Source: Octopus sinensis
Lineage: Eukaryota
NCBI RefSeq assembly: GCF_006345805.1
Contig: NC_042997.1
Span: forward strand, 40,486,001-40,550,000
DNA: 64,000 bases
Direction: 5' to 3'
This document shows, one piece after another, positions 1-12,043 of this stretch. A model generated the notes under the pieces. The model searched no databases. It worked only from the letters and a program-made list of their open reading frames with translations, and had not been told where the DNA came from. Both the position numbers and the translations under genes were made by a program. The first letter of the stretch is position 1, and the number at the start of each line of letters is the position of its first letter.

Positions 1-1560
1 GTCCACCTCATATGAAGCCAAGGAAGAGATTCGATAACTTGAGTTTCCATATATATATATATATATATATATATACGTGTGTGTGTGAAGTGTATTTCGG
101 TGAAAGGTATACCTCTAGGTAATAAATCAAATAAATCAGCGTTTTGATTAAAAGCATGCCGTATCGATTATTCCGTCCAAATTGTTCCACAAACACTTAT
201 TTGCCATTCTTATCAAGGAAATGCATTCAGCACGTATTTGATTTGATGTAAATCTGTAATACATGAGGCCATTATTCACAAAATTTCTGATATAAAATAA
301 GAATAAAAGATGTGTTTCAGTGAGTGTGTTGTATACACGTTATTGTGCAGGAATGTTTTTATTTTCTATTTTATTAAATGCATACTAATTCTCCCGAATC
401 GGGGATAGGTGTTGTTAATCGAACATAAAATGGGTTTATCACTGATGTTGATTTTCGTATGACACACAAAAAAGAAATCGATTTTATTATCAGAAAATAT
501 TTCTTTCCAGCTGAAGTGATTAATTTGTATAACAAACACGTCTTAGTAACTTTCTTTGCTTATGGCGTGTTCTTTTGCATTAATTTCATGCATACACACA
601 CAAAAAAAAATTCTAATCTATTGCCATCAGAGAAATAAAAGACAGCTAGCTAAATATCATAAATGTGAGGCAGTTCTAATTACTGCAGAAAAACATCTTG
701 ATAAACCGTATAGAAGTATATAAAAATATGGCAATGTTTCTGCAAAATCTTTTGAATCGGAAATTAAATTATGTACACATGCAATAACGAAAAGCGAAAG
801 AAAACAAAAGAAACTTATAAGCAAATAGGATTTCATTTTCCTATATGAGTTATAAGTTATATATTAAAACGAAATTCTGTATGATAAAAGGTGCATATCA
901 TTAAGCAAAACGATATCTAAAGATTTAGATTCGATATTTTTATCCAACCTGTCATGCAATTCTTTGAAATATCACGAGTATCTTATGAAGCAAAGTGCCC
1001 GGGAATCAATTTTTTCATCCCGCAGGTTTGACGCTTTGGTTTTCAAATAACATACTTCTAAATTTGAAATATTACTTTTGTCCATCAGATTTTTGTAAAA
1101 TTTTGTTATAGGAATTTCGAGCTTGCATTATTAAAAAGTTTCATTACATTTACCAGAATACAACAAACGAAATGACGTAAAACATATATTCTAAATCTAA
1201 TATATTATTTCCTTTGTAGGTAAGTGTCTCAACTAAAAGCCCTTCAAATAATGAAATGATGAAAGGAAATTTCAAATGTCATTCGAAGCTGGATCGAAAG
1301 AGGTATTTTGAAATGTTCTTTTTTGTACTTTATGCATCTAATACTTTTTCAATATATTTCACACTATGTCCTCTGAGAAACAATATAACAAGGGAAAATG
1401 TAACGATTGTAAAGAAACTGTTGACAATGTGTAATATATAGTGATAAATAAGTAAAATATAAAAAATATGTGCACATGGTCTTGATAAGCTTTCTTATTA
1501 AACTGTTCTACGACTCCACCGTAGACATGCACTGAAATGTTCTTGGAATTTATAGAAAAC

Positions 1561-1700
1561 AAAAGACGAAGACAAGTGTATGAACAACAAGCAAGTGTAT
1601 TAGTTTGACGCTCGGGAAAATAAAAAAAGTCATTTACGTTTCGAGCCTAGGGTCTTCAACAGAAAGGAATAAGAGAAAATAAACAGAGAGAAAATGAAAA
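1561..1700 (-). mobile_element. Penelope-like element terminal (pLTR-like) fragment with degenerate minimal hammerhead core
   Basis: Minus strand reads CTGTTGA-A-GACCCTAGGCTC-GAAA-CGTA; similar to 22085-22212. Confidence 0.5.
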
Positions 1701-1769
1701 AAAAACTTATAGATTTCAGCGGTCCGGAATGGCGAATGATTCGAAAAAAAGAGGTTGTAAGAGGGGGAG

Positions 1770-2794
1770 ATATTCTTATTCATTTCGGACATCACCTCAA
1801 CAATGGAAGACTTCAGTGAAACTATGACATTGTGAAAATGTCGATTTGTCTCCCTTTCAAAAACACTCTAAACATATTAGTCCAAGGGACGTAAATCTGG
1901 CGAGTTTGGAGTCAACTTTGATGTTACATGATTATATGCATTGTCTGATATCCACTCTTAATTTACGTTGGCTTTGTGAGAAGGTGCTGAGTGTTTTTTT
2001 TTAATACGTTTGGCCTTCCACTGCATACTTCGTCCATCCAAGGTTTAACAATTCTCTTCTGTACCTCAGCATATCCAGCAGCAATAATTATAATACCCTC
2101 TGTCAATGTATCATGGTACTCACCACTCCTAAGACTATAACATTTGCTGAAAATTTAGCATTCATCATACAGGGGACATCAAAAGGATCTTCATTTATCC
2201 ACCTGTCACTTCTCCTGCTGGACTTTTAGTCTTGGTTGAAAGTTTTCTCAGAAAAAACCCAAAGCATATCATGTTCTTAAGGGTTTTTAACCTTGTTACG
2301 TAACCGCTTAGCACCAATCAGAGGGTTACCTCTGTCTCTGTTGGCATGAATTGGCCTTTCCTCAGTACATAGGACTTGCATTGAATGTTCTCGTGCACAA
2401 TAGTTCTAATATTTGACTCCGATACTTGGAGTTCTTTAGTGATCGTCCTAATTGATAATATTTTGAACCCAGGGGATGAAGTGCAATATCGTTACACTGT
2501 CCGAAAGATTAGACTGTTATACTTTTGTTTTTGATACAGTTGAGACGTTCCCACTAGAAGCTTCTAATTCCATCTGAATTTCGTGTACAAAAGATCTTGT
2601 AACATTTACAACGTTGGCAGTTTTTAAATTACAGTGTTTCGCACATATGGCAACAATAACTGCACGTCGTGTTTCTTGTGTTGGTATTTTATCCGCCATG
2701 GCCGATCTGAAAAAAAAGTCTTAAAGTCTTTCGATTATCTTGAAATGAATAATATACTGATAATTAGGTGTCCTCAAATACCCCACGCACGCTG
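1770..2794 (-). pseudogene. Decayed Tc1/mariner-superfamily (maT/DD37D-like) transposase with stops and frameshifts
   Basis: Minus-strand peptides: MADKIPTQETRRAVIVAI (ATG 2699), RTIVHENIQCKSYVLRKGQFM, LWVFFSEKTFNQD, IVKPWMDEVCSGRP, SAPSHKA, PNSPDLRPLD*YV; TA followed by CAG at the 2794 end. Confidence 0.85.
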
Positions 2795-4550
2795 TATACA
2801 CTGCTATTTTTACAGTTATCTAAAGATGCGCTTATAAATGCATATACATATACATACAATCACAATACACACATGTGTAAACAGATGTTTGTATGTATAT
2901 GTATGCATGTGTGTATGTGTCTGTATACATGTATTGATATAGTTTTTACCATCTCAGTATACATGTGTGCTTAAATGTATTCTAAGTCAAACACAATTTT
3001 GAGTTGTCATAATTGAAATCTTTCAATACTGTACAAATGTATCGGCTATTAAGGATTTTAGCTGTCTTTTTTTTTCAGAAGTATCTCATTAACTACAGAT
3101 CTTGCTTTAACATTATTTTTTTCTCCTGGACAGTTATTATTATAATGCAGTTTTCTTTCTTTAATACTACAACGTGTGCAATGGAAAAATATGGAAAATA
3201 CGTGCTTACTTCTGATATTTCTTAAATAACATTCACACAACAAATGAGAAATATTTAATACAAATGAGCCAATTAGTTTCTTTTTTGTTCTTTGTTCTCT
3301 TAAATATTCTATCTTTTTTTTTATTTCAAAGGATACTCATTAAAATTTCTTCAGTGATCAAGGGACGAGTGATTACTCAAATAATAATCAAACAATTTCA
3401 AAAGAAAGTCGCTTTTTCAATTTAAAATCTTGGAAAATATTCTTCACTCTAAAATATTAACTCTTGAAAATAAACAACAGGAAATAAATATTGGCTCATA
3501 TATTTGGCTGATAGAAAGCAACTGAATTATCGTAAAGAAAAAATATTAAATGTATTTCACAGATAAAGTGGAACTATAGAAATGTACGTAATTCTGTATT
3601 AGATGTTTGCATTGTGCATTACATTTACCAATCAGGTATATATTTAGTTTATTTTATCTCTTACTATTTCTGAAATTGATAATGTAAATACAAAGAAATT
3701 AAGTAGAAATCTGTTTGTAAATCATCTTTTCAATAGAAAATAGGAAGTTGACTTGTTAATGTTCAACAGAATCTAATTGTACAGTATTGGTACGAAATTT
3801 TGCGACCTAAATAAAATCAATGTAGATGAATTGAAAACAATGAAATTTGTTTTTTTATGAACTTCAAATACCAAATTTATAAATAAACATAGTTGTATTT
3901 AATTGTAACCTTTAAATAGTATAAATACGTTCAACATCAATTCTATGTGATGTATCAAGTTTAATATTGATTTAATTTTTAATTACAAGCAAATCGATAT
4001 TTATGAACAAAGATATATTCAATCGAAACCTAGTACTATATTCTATTAACCTCGGTGAGAACATAAAAGACATTGAAGAAAAAATAGGGGACCAACAGAA
4101 AACTAGTGTTGCTCCTAACGAACGTAGTTATTACAAGGGACATTCGTTTCGTCTGAAGCTACAATACCTCTAACCTCACTTTCTCTCCTTCTCTCCCACT
4201 CTGTCTCTGTCATTCCGTCTCCCTCTCAATCACTGTCTCTCACTCTCTTCGTTTTTTTTCTGTTGCTCTGCATATATACTCTCGGAATGATTATTTAATA
4301 GTTTTACAACACTGCATTCTAGTCAGGATTTCTTTAAAAAAACTCATTCGCAATAGCAAACTCAGTACCTACACACGCATAATTTATAGTATATTATCGT
4401 GTCTACAATTTCACCAGAAAGCACACGAGAGTGAGCATAGAATTCGCATTTCTACTCACCGTATGATTTCACGATGCAATCAGAAACAATATAGGTCAGC
4501 TTTGCGGTCTTTTAGATCTAGAAGGAACGGTTTTCCGGAAGCACTTCATA

Positions 4551-4594
4551 TAACAACAGCAACAGCAACAACAACAACAACAACAGCAACAACA

Positions 4595-4689
<95 letters not shown>

Positions 4690-4695
4690 AATAAT

Positions 4696-4742
<47 letters not shown>

Positions 4743-4750
4743 TGATGATG

Positions 4751-4814
<64 letters not shown>

Positions 4815-4815
4815 T
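4551..4815. repeat. Compound trinucleotide microsatellite (AAC)n(AAT)n(GAT)n
   Basis: Direct reading. Confidence 0.98.
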
Positions 4816-5189
4816 GATAAAAGTTGTTGAACAGTAGTGTCTGAATTATAGTGTATGAAAGGCCGGATTCTGAATTGGAAAAGTAGGTTCAAACTTTGTG
4901 TGCTAGAGTTGCCTCACTTAAAACTGTAAGTGTGATAAGTAAGATGACATAGTATACTTTAAGATCAGTCTATGAGTCAGACTGAAGCCTCTGTTGTAGC
5001 TTTAAATACGAAGTCCTTTTCCTGTATGAAATTTTGACATTTTTAACACTTCTGAATCATTTTACTTCAATGAAAGGTTTAGGAAAGAATGTGTCATCAT
5101 TTATAGAAAGTGGCTATCCTGTACGATGTTTCGCAATTTATAATCTAGAATGTAGCACAGGAAAACTGGTAGAAAATATTACTGTTGCA

Positions 5190-5340
5190 AGAATGGTTGT
5201 GTGGTTCACCCTGCACAAAGTGGTTTCGGGTTTAGTCCCGCAGCACACTACCTTGGACAAATATTTTCTACTATAACCGTAGACAACTAATGCCTTGTGC
5301 GTGAGTTTAGTGGCGGAAAATATATGTCATGTCGCTCGCA
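5190..5340 (+). mobile_element. SINE family A, degenerate 5' half (3' half at 5970-6180)
   Basis: Matches the head of 7588-7993 (GTTGTGTGGT...GGGTTTAGTCCC...ACCTTGGACAA...AATGCCTTGTG). Confidence 0.7.
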
Positions 5341-5515
5341 GGCAGCTTTATTCTGGAGAGATATAATATGAGTGAAAATAGTGGCTATATAGTAGTTTTT
5401 GACTGATATTTCTGAACATGTAAGGGTTTTTGCAACCCTCTCCGTCAATATACCTTTCGTAATGTATTATTACATTCTTTTTTTAAATTTTATATATATA
5501 TATATATATATATAT

Positions 5516-5803
5516 GATGGACTCTCGTGGAAGACGACGTACGAGCGTTCAAATTTTGTCGAAAGACCTGCACAAATTATTTGTTTATAGTGATCGAATG
5601 TTCGTGCTGTTCACTCCCTCCATCAAATCGACGCTGCCTGAACAGGCGCACTGTGTACCACACTTCAGTTGTCGAAGTGATCACAGAAAAACGTAAGATG
5701 AAACGTTTTACTTGAGAACACAACTCACCACCTGCTCTAGGAATTGAAATCACGATTGCTAGACCGTAAGTGTAACACCCTAACCATTAAGCCATGCGCC
5801 CTC
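5516..5803 (-). mobile_element. tRNA-derived SINE family D
   Basis: Minus head GAGGGCGCATGGCTTAATGGTTAGGGTG (A-box-like), related to 6841-7182 and 45892-46219. Confidence 0.8.
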
Positions 5804-5863
5804 ACATATGTATATACATTAATATATATATATATATATTATATAATATATATATATATATAT

Positions 5864-5952
<89 letters not shown>

Positions 5953-5969
5953 TGTATTTATATGTATAT

Positions 5970-6180
5970 GTACTTTTGTTTGACTCCCCATCGCTTGAAA
6001 ACCGGTGGGTTTTTTTTCAATTCCGTATCTGTAACTTAGCAGTACGACAAAAGAGAACGACTAGAATTAGTATCAGACTCTTTAAAAAATAAGTGCTGGG
6101 GTCGATTTGTTCTACTAAACTCTTCAAGTCGCTGCTCCAGCATGGCCGCAGTCTAAAGACTGAGACAAAAAAAAAGCATT
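5970..6180 (+). mobile_element. SINE family A, 3' half
   Basis: AATAAGTGCTGGGGTCGATTTGT...GCTCCAGCATGGCCGCAGTC matches the family A 3' region. Confidence 0.8.
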
Positions 6181-6377
6181 GAAGAGAGCTATCCTAAGGC
6201 TAGATCCTTTATATTAACATATTTACATATGTAATCATTGTATCTCGTGGTTTTAAAATCGTTTCAAAAATAACTTATGTTCTTTTAAATACACCGATCA
6301 TTTCTATTGCTGACCAGCCAGAAACCCTCACAATGCAGTAGAACAGAATTGAAATCATACGACTTCCATCTCACATT

Positions 6378-6590
6378 GGTTTCAAATTTTGACACGAGGC
6401 CGACAAGATTGTGGGAGGGGATAGGTCGATTACATTGTCCTCAGTGCTCAACTGGTACTTATTTTATCGACCTAAAAGGATGAAAAGCGATGTTGAACTC
6501 GACGGAATTTGAACTCAGATCGTAAATACGGACGAAATGCCGCTAAGCATTATGTCCAGCGTGATAACAACTCTGTCAGCTCGCTGCCCT
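6378..6590 (-). mobile_element. tRNA-derived SINE family B
   Basis: Core ACTGGTACTTATTTTATCGAC...AAAGGATGAAA...GAATTTGAACTC; reverse complement of 14354-14580. Confidence 0.85.
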
Positions 6591-6840
6591 CTTCTTCCTG
6601 ATACTAATGATGAAAAGGAGACAAAAGTAGCTTCAGAAAACGCTACAAACTAGTTTTGTAATTCAGTTTTATTTCACAGCATTAGACAATATTTAGGATT
6701 TGACAGTACTATATGGATTAATCGGTGAAATATATGACTTGGCACTAAATTTCTGGTCCCATCTCCTCGGAGACATACCTTTAGATCTTATAGTGCTTAC
6801 CTTACTGAGTTTAATATTGTATATAAATAGAATAGTGACT

Positions 6841-7182
6841 GACTGAGACCCCCTTCGGTCAGGACACTGACCATGGTGTTGCATCTAGAAAGTTACCCTC
6901 CCAGGCACAAGTCCGGGCAAGGTTGTCTTTTATGGAAGGCCAGCAGTCGCCCATGCATATCGGCCTCCCCTCTCCACGCCACCAGAGTTATCCAAGGGAA
7001 AGGCAAGGTCCGATACAGCTTGGCACCTGTGACGTCGCAACTCATTTCTACCGTTGAGTGAACTGGAGCAACGTGAAATAAAGTGTCTTGCTCAAGAACA
7101 CAACACACAGCCTGTCCGGGATTCGAGCTCACAACCTCACGATCGTAAGCTCGACGCTCTAACCACTGAGCCATGCGCCTTC
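6841..7182 (-). mobile_element. tRNA-derived SINE family D, full length
   Basis: Minus head GAAGGCGCATGGCTCAGTGGTTAGAGCG...GAGCTCGAATCCC (Pol III A- and B-box-like). Confidence 0.9.
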
Positions 7183-7587
7183 GAATAGAACTGTAAGCAT
7201 TACTTAAACAGTAGAGTTACGAACGAAATGCATCACAGCGTTTAGTTTACTGGTGAAAGTTCAATTTAGGTTCTGAACTAATTTTTTCTTTCATTGCAAA
7301 GATTTTATCAACCTTCGTTCATTCTTGTATCCTTGCCTATTCTATAAAATAAATATATGAATCGATATCATCAACAACACTTCTTAGTTTCAACAATGTA
7401 TTTTGTTTCTGTAAGTAAGATATCATTAATGCAATAGAAAGTGTAACTTTCCTTTAATTGAACTGGCAACCAGTGACTGGCGCATATTGATTTCTCTTTG
7501 ATTAAACTGTGTAGGGCTGTTATATAGTATATCACTGACACAAATAAATCAAAAGACAAAGTCAATCTTTGTGAGATTACAACAATA

Positions 7588-7993
7588 GGCGCAGGAGTGG
7601 CTGTGTGGTAAGTAGCTTGTTTACCAACCACATGGTTCCGGGTTCAGTCCCACTGCGTGGCATCTTGGGCGTCTTCTGCTATAGCCCCGGGCCGACCAAT
7701 GCCTTGTGAGTGGATTTGGTAGACGGAAACTGAAAGAAGCCTGTCGTATATATGTATGTATATATGTATGTGTGTGTTTCTGTGTCTGTGTTTGACCCCC
7801 TAGCATTGCTTGACAACCGATGCTGGTGTGTTTACGTTCCCGTCACTTAGCGGTTCGGCAAAAGAGAGCGATAGAATAAGTACTGGGCTTACAAAGAATA
7901 AGTCCTGGGGTCGATTTGCTTGACTAAAGGCGGTGCTCCGGCATGGCCGCAGTCAAAATGATTGAAACAAGTAAAAGAGTAAAAAAAAGAGAG
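7588..7993 (+). mobile_element. tRNA-derived SINE family A, full length, with internal (TA)/(TG) microsatellite and AAAAGAGT-type tail
   Basis: Head GGCGCAGGAGTGGCTGTGTGGTAAG...GGTTCAGTCCC; near-identical copies at 16019 and 36470. Confidence 0.95.
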
Positions 7994-8183
7994 AATAAGA
8001 TATAGGCTCTCCGAAGTTAAAGAATAATTTCGCTTCTGAACGACATGGTTAGACAGGTCGATCCTGTCTAACCAGGTTCGGACAGGTTAGACCTTACAAC
8101 GCGGGACTGAGGCGATGTAGAATATATCTATGAATATGTGTGAGTGTGAGTGTATATGTATGTGTCTGCATTTGTCTCCCCTT

Positions 8184-8511
8184 CATGTCTGAGGGGGGCC
8201 ACAATAAATAGCAGTGGCCTTAAGACAGTGCCCTGGGGAACACTACTTACTATTTGTGTTTCCTTTGAGGTGACTCCATTGGCCACCACTACTTGACGTC
8301 TATCTTTTAGAAAGTCGTTTAGTCACTCTCCAAGCATTCCGACTATGCCGAGATCACGCGACTTGTGACATATTATACCTTGGACGACTTTGTCAAAGGC
8401 TTTTGCAAATTCGAGATATATCACATCCGCACCTAAGACGTCTAGCAGCTGTTTTAACACCTAGTCATAATGTAAGAGCTTTGTCGGGCAGCTTCTACCT
8501 GGTCGAAATCC
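8184..8511 (-). mobile_element. CR1/L2-type LINE reverse transcriptase fragment
   Basis: Minus translation GFRPGRSC...DVIYLEFAKAFDKV...DFLKDRRQVVVANG...SSVPQGTVLRPLLF, with internal stops. Confidence 0.9.
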
Positions 8512-8534
8512 ATATATATATATATATATATATA

Positions 8535-8598
<64 letters not shown>

Positions 8599-8608
8599 GA
8601 TATATATA

Positions 8609-8646
<38 letters not shown>

Positions 8647-8698
8647 ATTGGTGAATTGAAGAAATGGAGCTGAACGCAGATTGAACAGAAATCGTTTA

Positions 8699-8784
8699 TT
8701 TCATTCTACACGGTTTCGAAAGGCACAAATTACCAAAATCCGATGAATAATGGGACCATATTGTGTCTTTCTCTTCAGGAAGAA
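8699..8784 (-). ncRNA. Mirror-image hammerhead ribozyme in the left arm of the palindrome, with a 1-nt deletion in stem III
   Basis: Reverse complement of the 8810-8895 motif, but stem III reads ACCGTGT. Confidence 0.6.
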
Positions 8785-8809
8785 AAAGGAAATCCAACGG
8801 ATTTCCTTT

Positions 8810-8895
8810 TTCTTCCTGAAGAGAAAGACACAATATGGTCCCATTATTCATCGGATTTTGGTAATTTGTGCCTTTCGAAACACGTGTAGAATGAA
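8810..8895 (+). ncRNA. Type I hammerhead ribozyme (predicted cleavage after A8888)
   Basis: CTGAAGA 8816-8822; stem II GAAAG(A)CACAA/TTGTG(C)CTTTC; GAAA 8877-8880; palindromic stem III ACACGTGT; GUA triplet; stem I TTC.TTC/GAA(T)GAA. Confidence 0.8.
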
Positions 8896-9095
8896 TAAAA
8901 CGATTTCTGTTCAATCTGCGTTCAGCTCCATTTCTTCAATTCACCAATAATGTTTTATTTCAATTATCCGCACCAACGCACGGTTGCAACGCCAGAGTTG
9001 TACCTCCAACCGTGCTGTTACTGCTGTGATTTTGCTACTAAGGTATCGGTTAAACTTTTTATTAATCTACTACAAGATTATTCATCTTTCTATTT

Positions 9096-9131
<36 letters not shown>

Positions 9132-9134
<3 letters not shown>

Positions 9135-9394
9135 GATTCCCAGACCGGGCGCTGTGAATGTTTATTGAGCGAAAACACCTAAAGCACCACGAGGCTCCGG
9201 TAGGCTCCGGTAGGGGGTGGTGGCGATCCCCGTTGTACTCTTTCGCCACAACTTTCTCTCACTCTTTCTTCTGTTGGCCTGCTCGCTTAGCCAGCGGGGT
9301 GGCGTCATTTGAAGGCTAAAACAATGCGAAGCGCATTGTGACCAGCGATGTGTAACAACATCTGATGGCCTGGTCGGTCACGGTGATCACGGTG

Positions 9395-9395
<1 letters not shown>
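9132..9395 (+). mobile_element. tRNA-derived SINE family C, 5'-truncated
   Basis: Matches 45214-45511; tail GGTCACGGTGATCACGGTGA; internal AGGCTCCGGT duplication. Confidence 0.9.
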
Positions 9396-9465
<70 letters not shown>

Positions 9466-10069
9466 CTGCCAACAATATATACATCAGCAATTAAATTGAA
9501 AAATGATGTCTTGATATTAAAATCATTTGAGATATTTGTTTTGCATCGACTGAAACATTCTGACATTCATCATCAGAAATGTAGTGAAACAAATTATTGG
9601 AAACTGTCGGCACAATTTGCCTTTTCAAATAATGATTGAAATTAAGAATGAAATAATCTGTATCTCCTTTAGTATTGAGATAGTAATGCGGATACCAATA
9701 CCGAATTCTACAAATGTTTTCGCTATCATATCAATCGGTTTCCCAGTACACAACGTGAAGAATGTATCGAAATATACTCGGAGTTTGTGCTCTTGTTGAT
9801 CCCATTTTTACTCTTCAGAGCTCGTCGATCGCACAATGTAAATGCTTTGATGTTATACATTAAGCTACCTCTCCTGGATAGATGTGACCCGTTGACTTTT
9901 CCAAAGTTTAGATTCTTGTGATATACGGTGTACTTTCAATTGCTTTTTATTTTGTAGTGTCAGCCATTTCCGAGTAAAAAAATATTATCCGATAAATCTC
10001 TGCTGTAAATTAGATCTTGAATGTGTAGAGGTAACGTTACAGACATATTAACTTTCATAAACGATGTAT

Positions 10070-10083
10070 TCATTTTATCGAGC
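10070..10083 (-). CDS. Candidate terminal coding exon start of the unidentified minus-strand gene (GSIK*)
   Basis: Strong acceptor CTTTCATTTTCTAG; phase matches exon 10858-10895; AATAAA on the minus strand near 9950. Confidence 0.3.
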
Positions 10084-10857
10084 CTAGAAAATGAAAGACG
10101 AACAGCCTCGACATGTTTTGATTGTAAAATGGTGTAACTAAGAACAGCTCGCCATTTTCCGGTATTCGTATCGTCTGTCATCAATCGACCTCTTGTGCAT
10201 ATATATAATGACGACAAAATTGCAATACAATTAAAGGCATCAATCATTAATGTTCCACTTTTTCACAGCTAAATAACAAAATTATTCAAAAGAATACGTA
10301 AAATTAAGCTTTGTTTCTGGTGTTATCAAAGCAATCTCCACTAAAAATTGTGAATTTCTTTAATTTTGCTTAACCCTATTTTCTTGTGTTCCTTTGTCGA
10401 CCTATTTCATAAACTATTTCCGTTCAGTTTTTCCTTGACAGAATTATTTTTGGCAGTGATTTAGTATTTCGTTGTTTTTGAGATGTTACTAATCTTCTTT
10501 TATCATAGAAAGAAAATTCTTCCTATCTTCGTGTATTTTTATCAGTTTTGTTGTTACGAATTTTTTCTGTTTTCGTAAATGTGATATCACCCATAGCATA
10601 ACGAAATATATTTATATAGATTACACTGTTCTTATCTAATCCTCTAACAGGAAAGGCACATCTACCTTCTTTTATCTTATTTTCCTTTCTTTTTTGCCCT
10701 CTTTCATTCTCCTCCTATTACACATGCATATTTTTCAGGTTATGACATTTATGTTTTATGAAACAAAAGAGAGGAAAAGACAGAGAGAAAGAGAGAAGGA
10801 AAGAGAGGAGAGAAAGAAATAGAGGGAGAGAGAGAGGGGGGCGAACGTATTGCTTAC

Positions 10858-10895
10858 CATTGATGTTGACACCGCCCTTTCTGATTATCTCCAAA
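10858..10895 (-). CDS. Candidate 38-nt exon (LEIIRKGGVNIN)
   Basis: Acceptor ATATTTATTTAG, donor ATG|GTAAGC, open frame, phase 2 to 1. Confidence 0.45.
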
Positions 10896-11197
10896 CTAAA
10901 TAAATATGCTTTTATCTAATGCCAGAGCTTAAATTTTTTCATTAACAAGTATTTCAAACAATGCTTAGAAATTAGCCAATATGATACCGACTCAGTATTT
11001 GGACCTTGAGACAGAAATTCTCCAAACTTGGATTTCCCCAGACAAGTTAGAAAATTTGACTGATATATATTTTTATATCCTTTCTGTTTTTTACTAAATT
11101 TATTCTCTGCTACTCGAAGAATTTATCATTTCATTCGATATCTTTCTTTTTACTGTTACTTAGCATCTGCATTGATGCCATTGCCAAAATTATTTAC

Positions 11198-11219
11198 TCT
11201 TGTCGGTCTATATCATTAA
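11198..11219 (-). CDS. Candidate 22-nt micro-exon (VNDIDRQD)
   Basis: Acceptor CTCTGTTATATTCCAACAG, donor AGA|GTAAAT; phase 1 to 2 bridges the flanking candidates. Confidence 0.4.
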
Positions 11220-11645
11220 CTGTTGGAATATAACAGAGTAGTGTAAATTTAACAAGCGTTTTGTTAGAGTTTCGTTAGCGTTTCATCTTGCAATTGAATA
11301 CTTCGGTATCCTTTATCCATGATAATTGGCCTGACAATACGATCTTGTTTCAATAATTTAATCTTGCCAACGGTAAATTAAACTCGGCGTAAATAATCAG
11401 AAGTTAACAAACCAACAACCTACTGATGCACCAGAAGACTTTCTCTAAATATGACCCGAAGCAAATTATTTTAGCTTTGATATGAATATTAAAAGATACA
11501 TTTATATATGACCACGGAAATATACGTATAAAATATTGTAAGGGAAAAAACCTCATTCTATCGTGAAACAATATATTCTGTGAAGCAATTTCATGGCGAA
11601 GAAGATAAAACAATGTGCTGTTCACTCGTAATTTAAGACTTAAAA

Positions 11646-12043
11646 TCTTTATATATAAAAGTGAAGTTGTGTGTCTGTCTCCTACGATTTAGATTCCTAA
11701 CTACTCCCACATTTTGCGGTGCAGTTTAACCAAAACCGGGTATCTTATAGTCGTGATTCATATCGAGCACTTCTGGGTATTAGCGCGCGTCTACGATGAG
11801 TCTACGATTTAAAAAAAAATTACCATAATTTTTTTCCATTTTAATGCAATTTTTTCGCTATTATATAAGGGAAGTAACTCTCTAAAAATGTCTACGATGA
11901 GTCAACGATTTAAAAAAAATTTACCATCATCTTGTTTCCATTTTTAATGCATTTTTTTGCTATTTTTTTGGCTATAACTCTCTAAAAATGCTTATATAGT
12001 TATTTCCCTTACAAACCCGAGCAACGCCGGGCGATACTGCTAG
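11646..12043 (+). mobile_element. Non-autonomous Helitron (about 398 bp)
   Basis: 5' A|TC start, 3' CTAG|T end, subterminal GC hairpin CCCGAGCAACGCCGGG, no TSD; internal ~100-bp tandem duplication. Confidence 0.85.

Larger units (their letters stand above)
8637..8958. repeat. 322-bp near-perfect palindrome (fold-back), 3-nt loop at 8796-8798
   Basis: The arms are reverse complements apart from one 1-nt indel and one local swap. Confidence 0.97.

Noticed and set aside
4463-4892. Long ORFs with poly-I, M, L, S, Y, H or YI/CV/HT runs (here and at 12589-13249, 17365-17782, 26729-27476, 38658-39221, 55624-56041 and elsewhere)
   Set aside because: They are translations of di- and trinucleotide microsatellites that lack stop codons in some frames.
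7100-7182. tRNA-like sequences at SINE heads (also 7588, 14354, 45214, 45892)
   Set aside because: No complete cloverleaf or acceptor stem; they continue into SINE bodies and occur as diverged dispersed copies.
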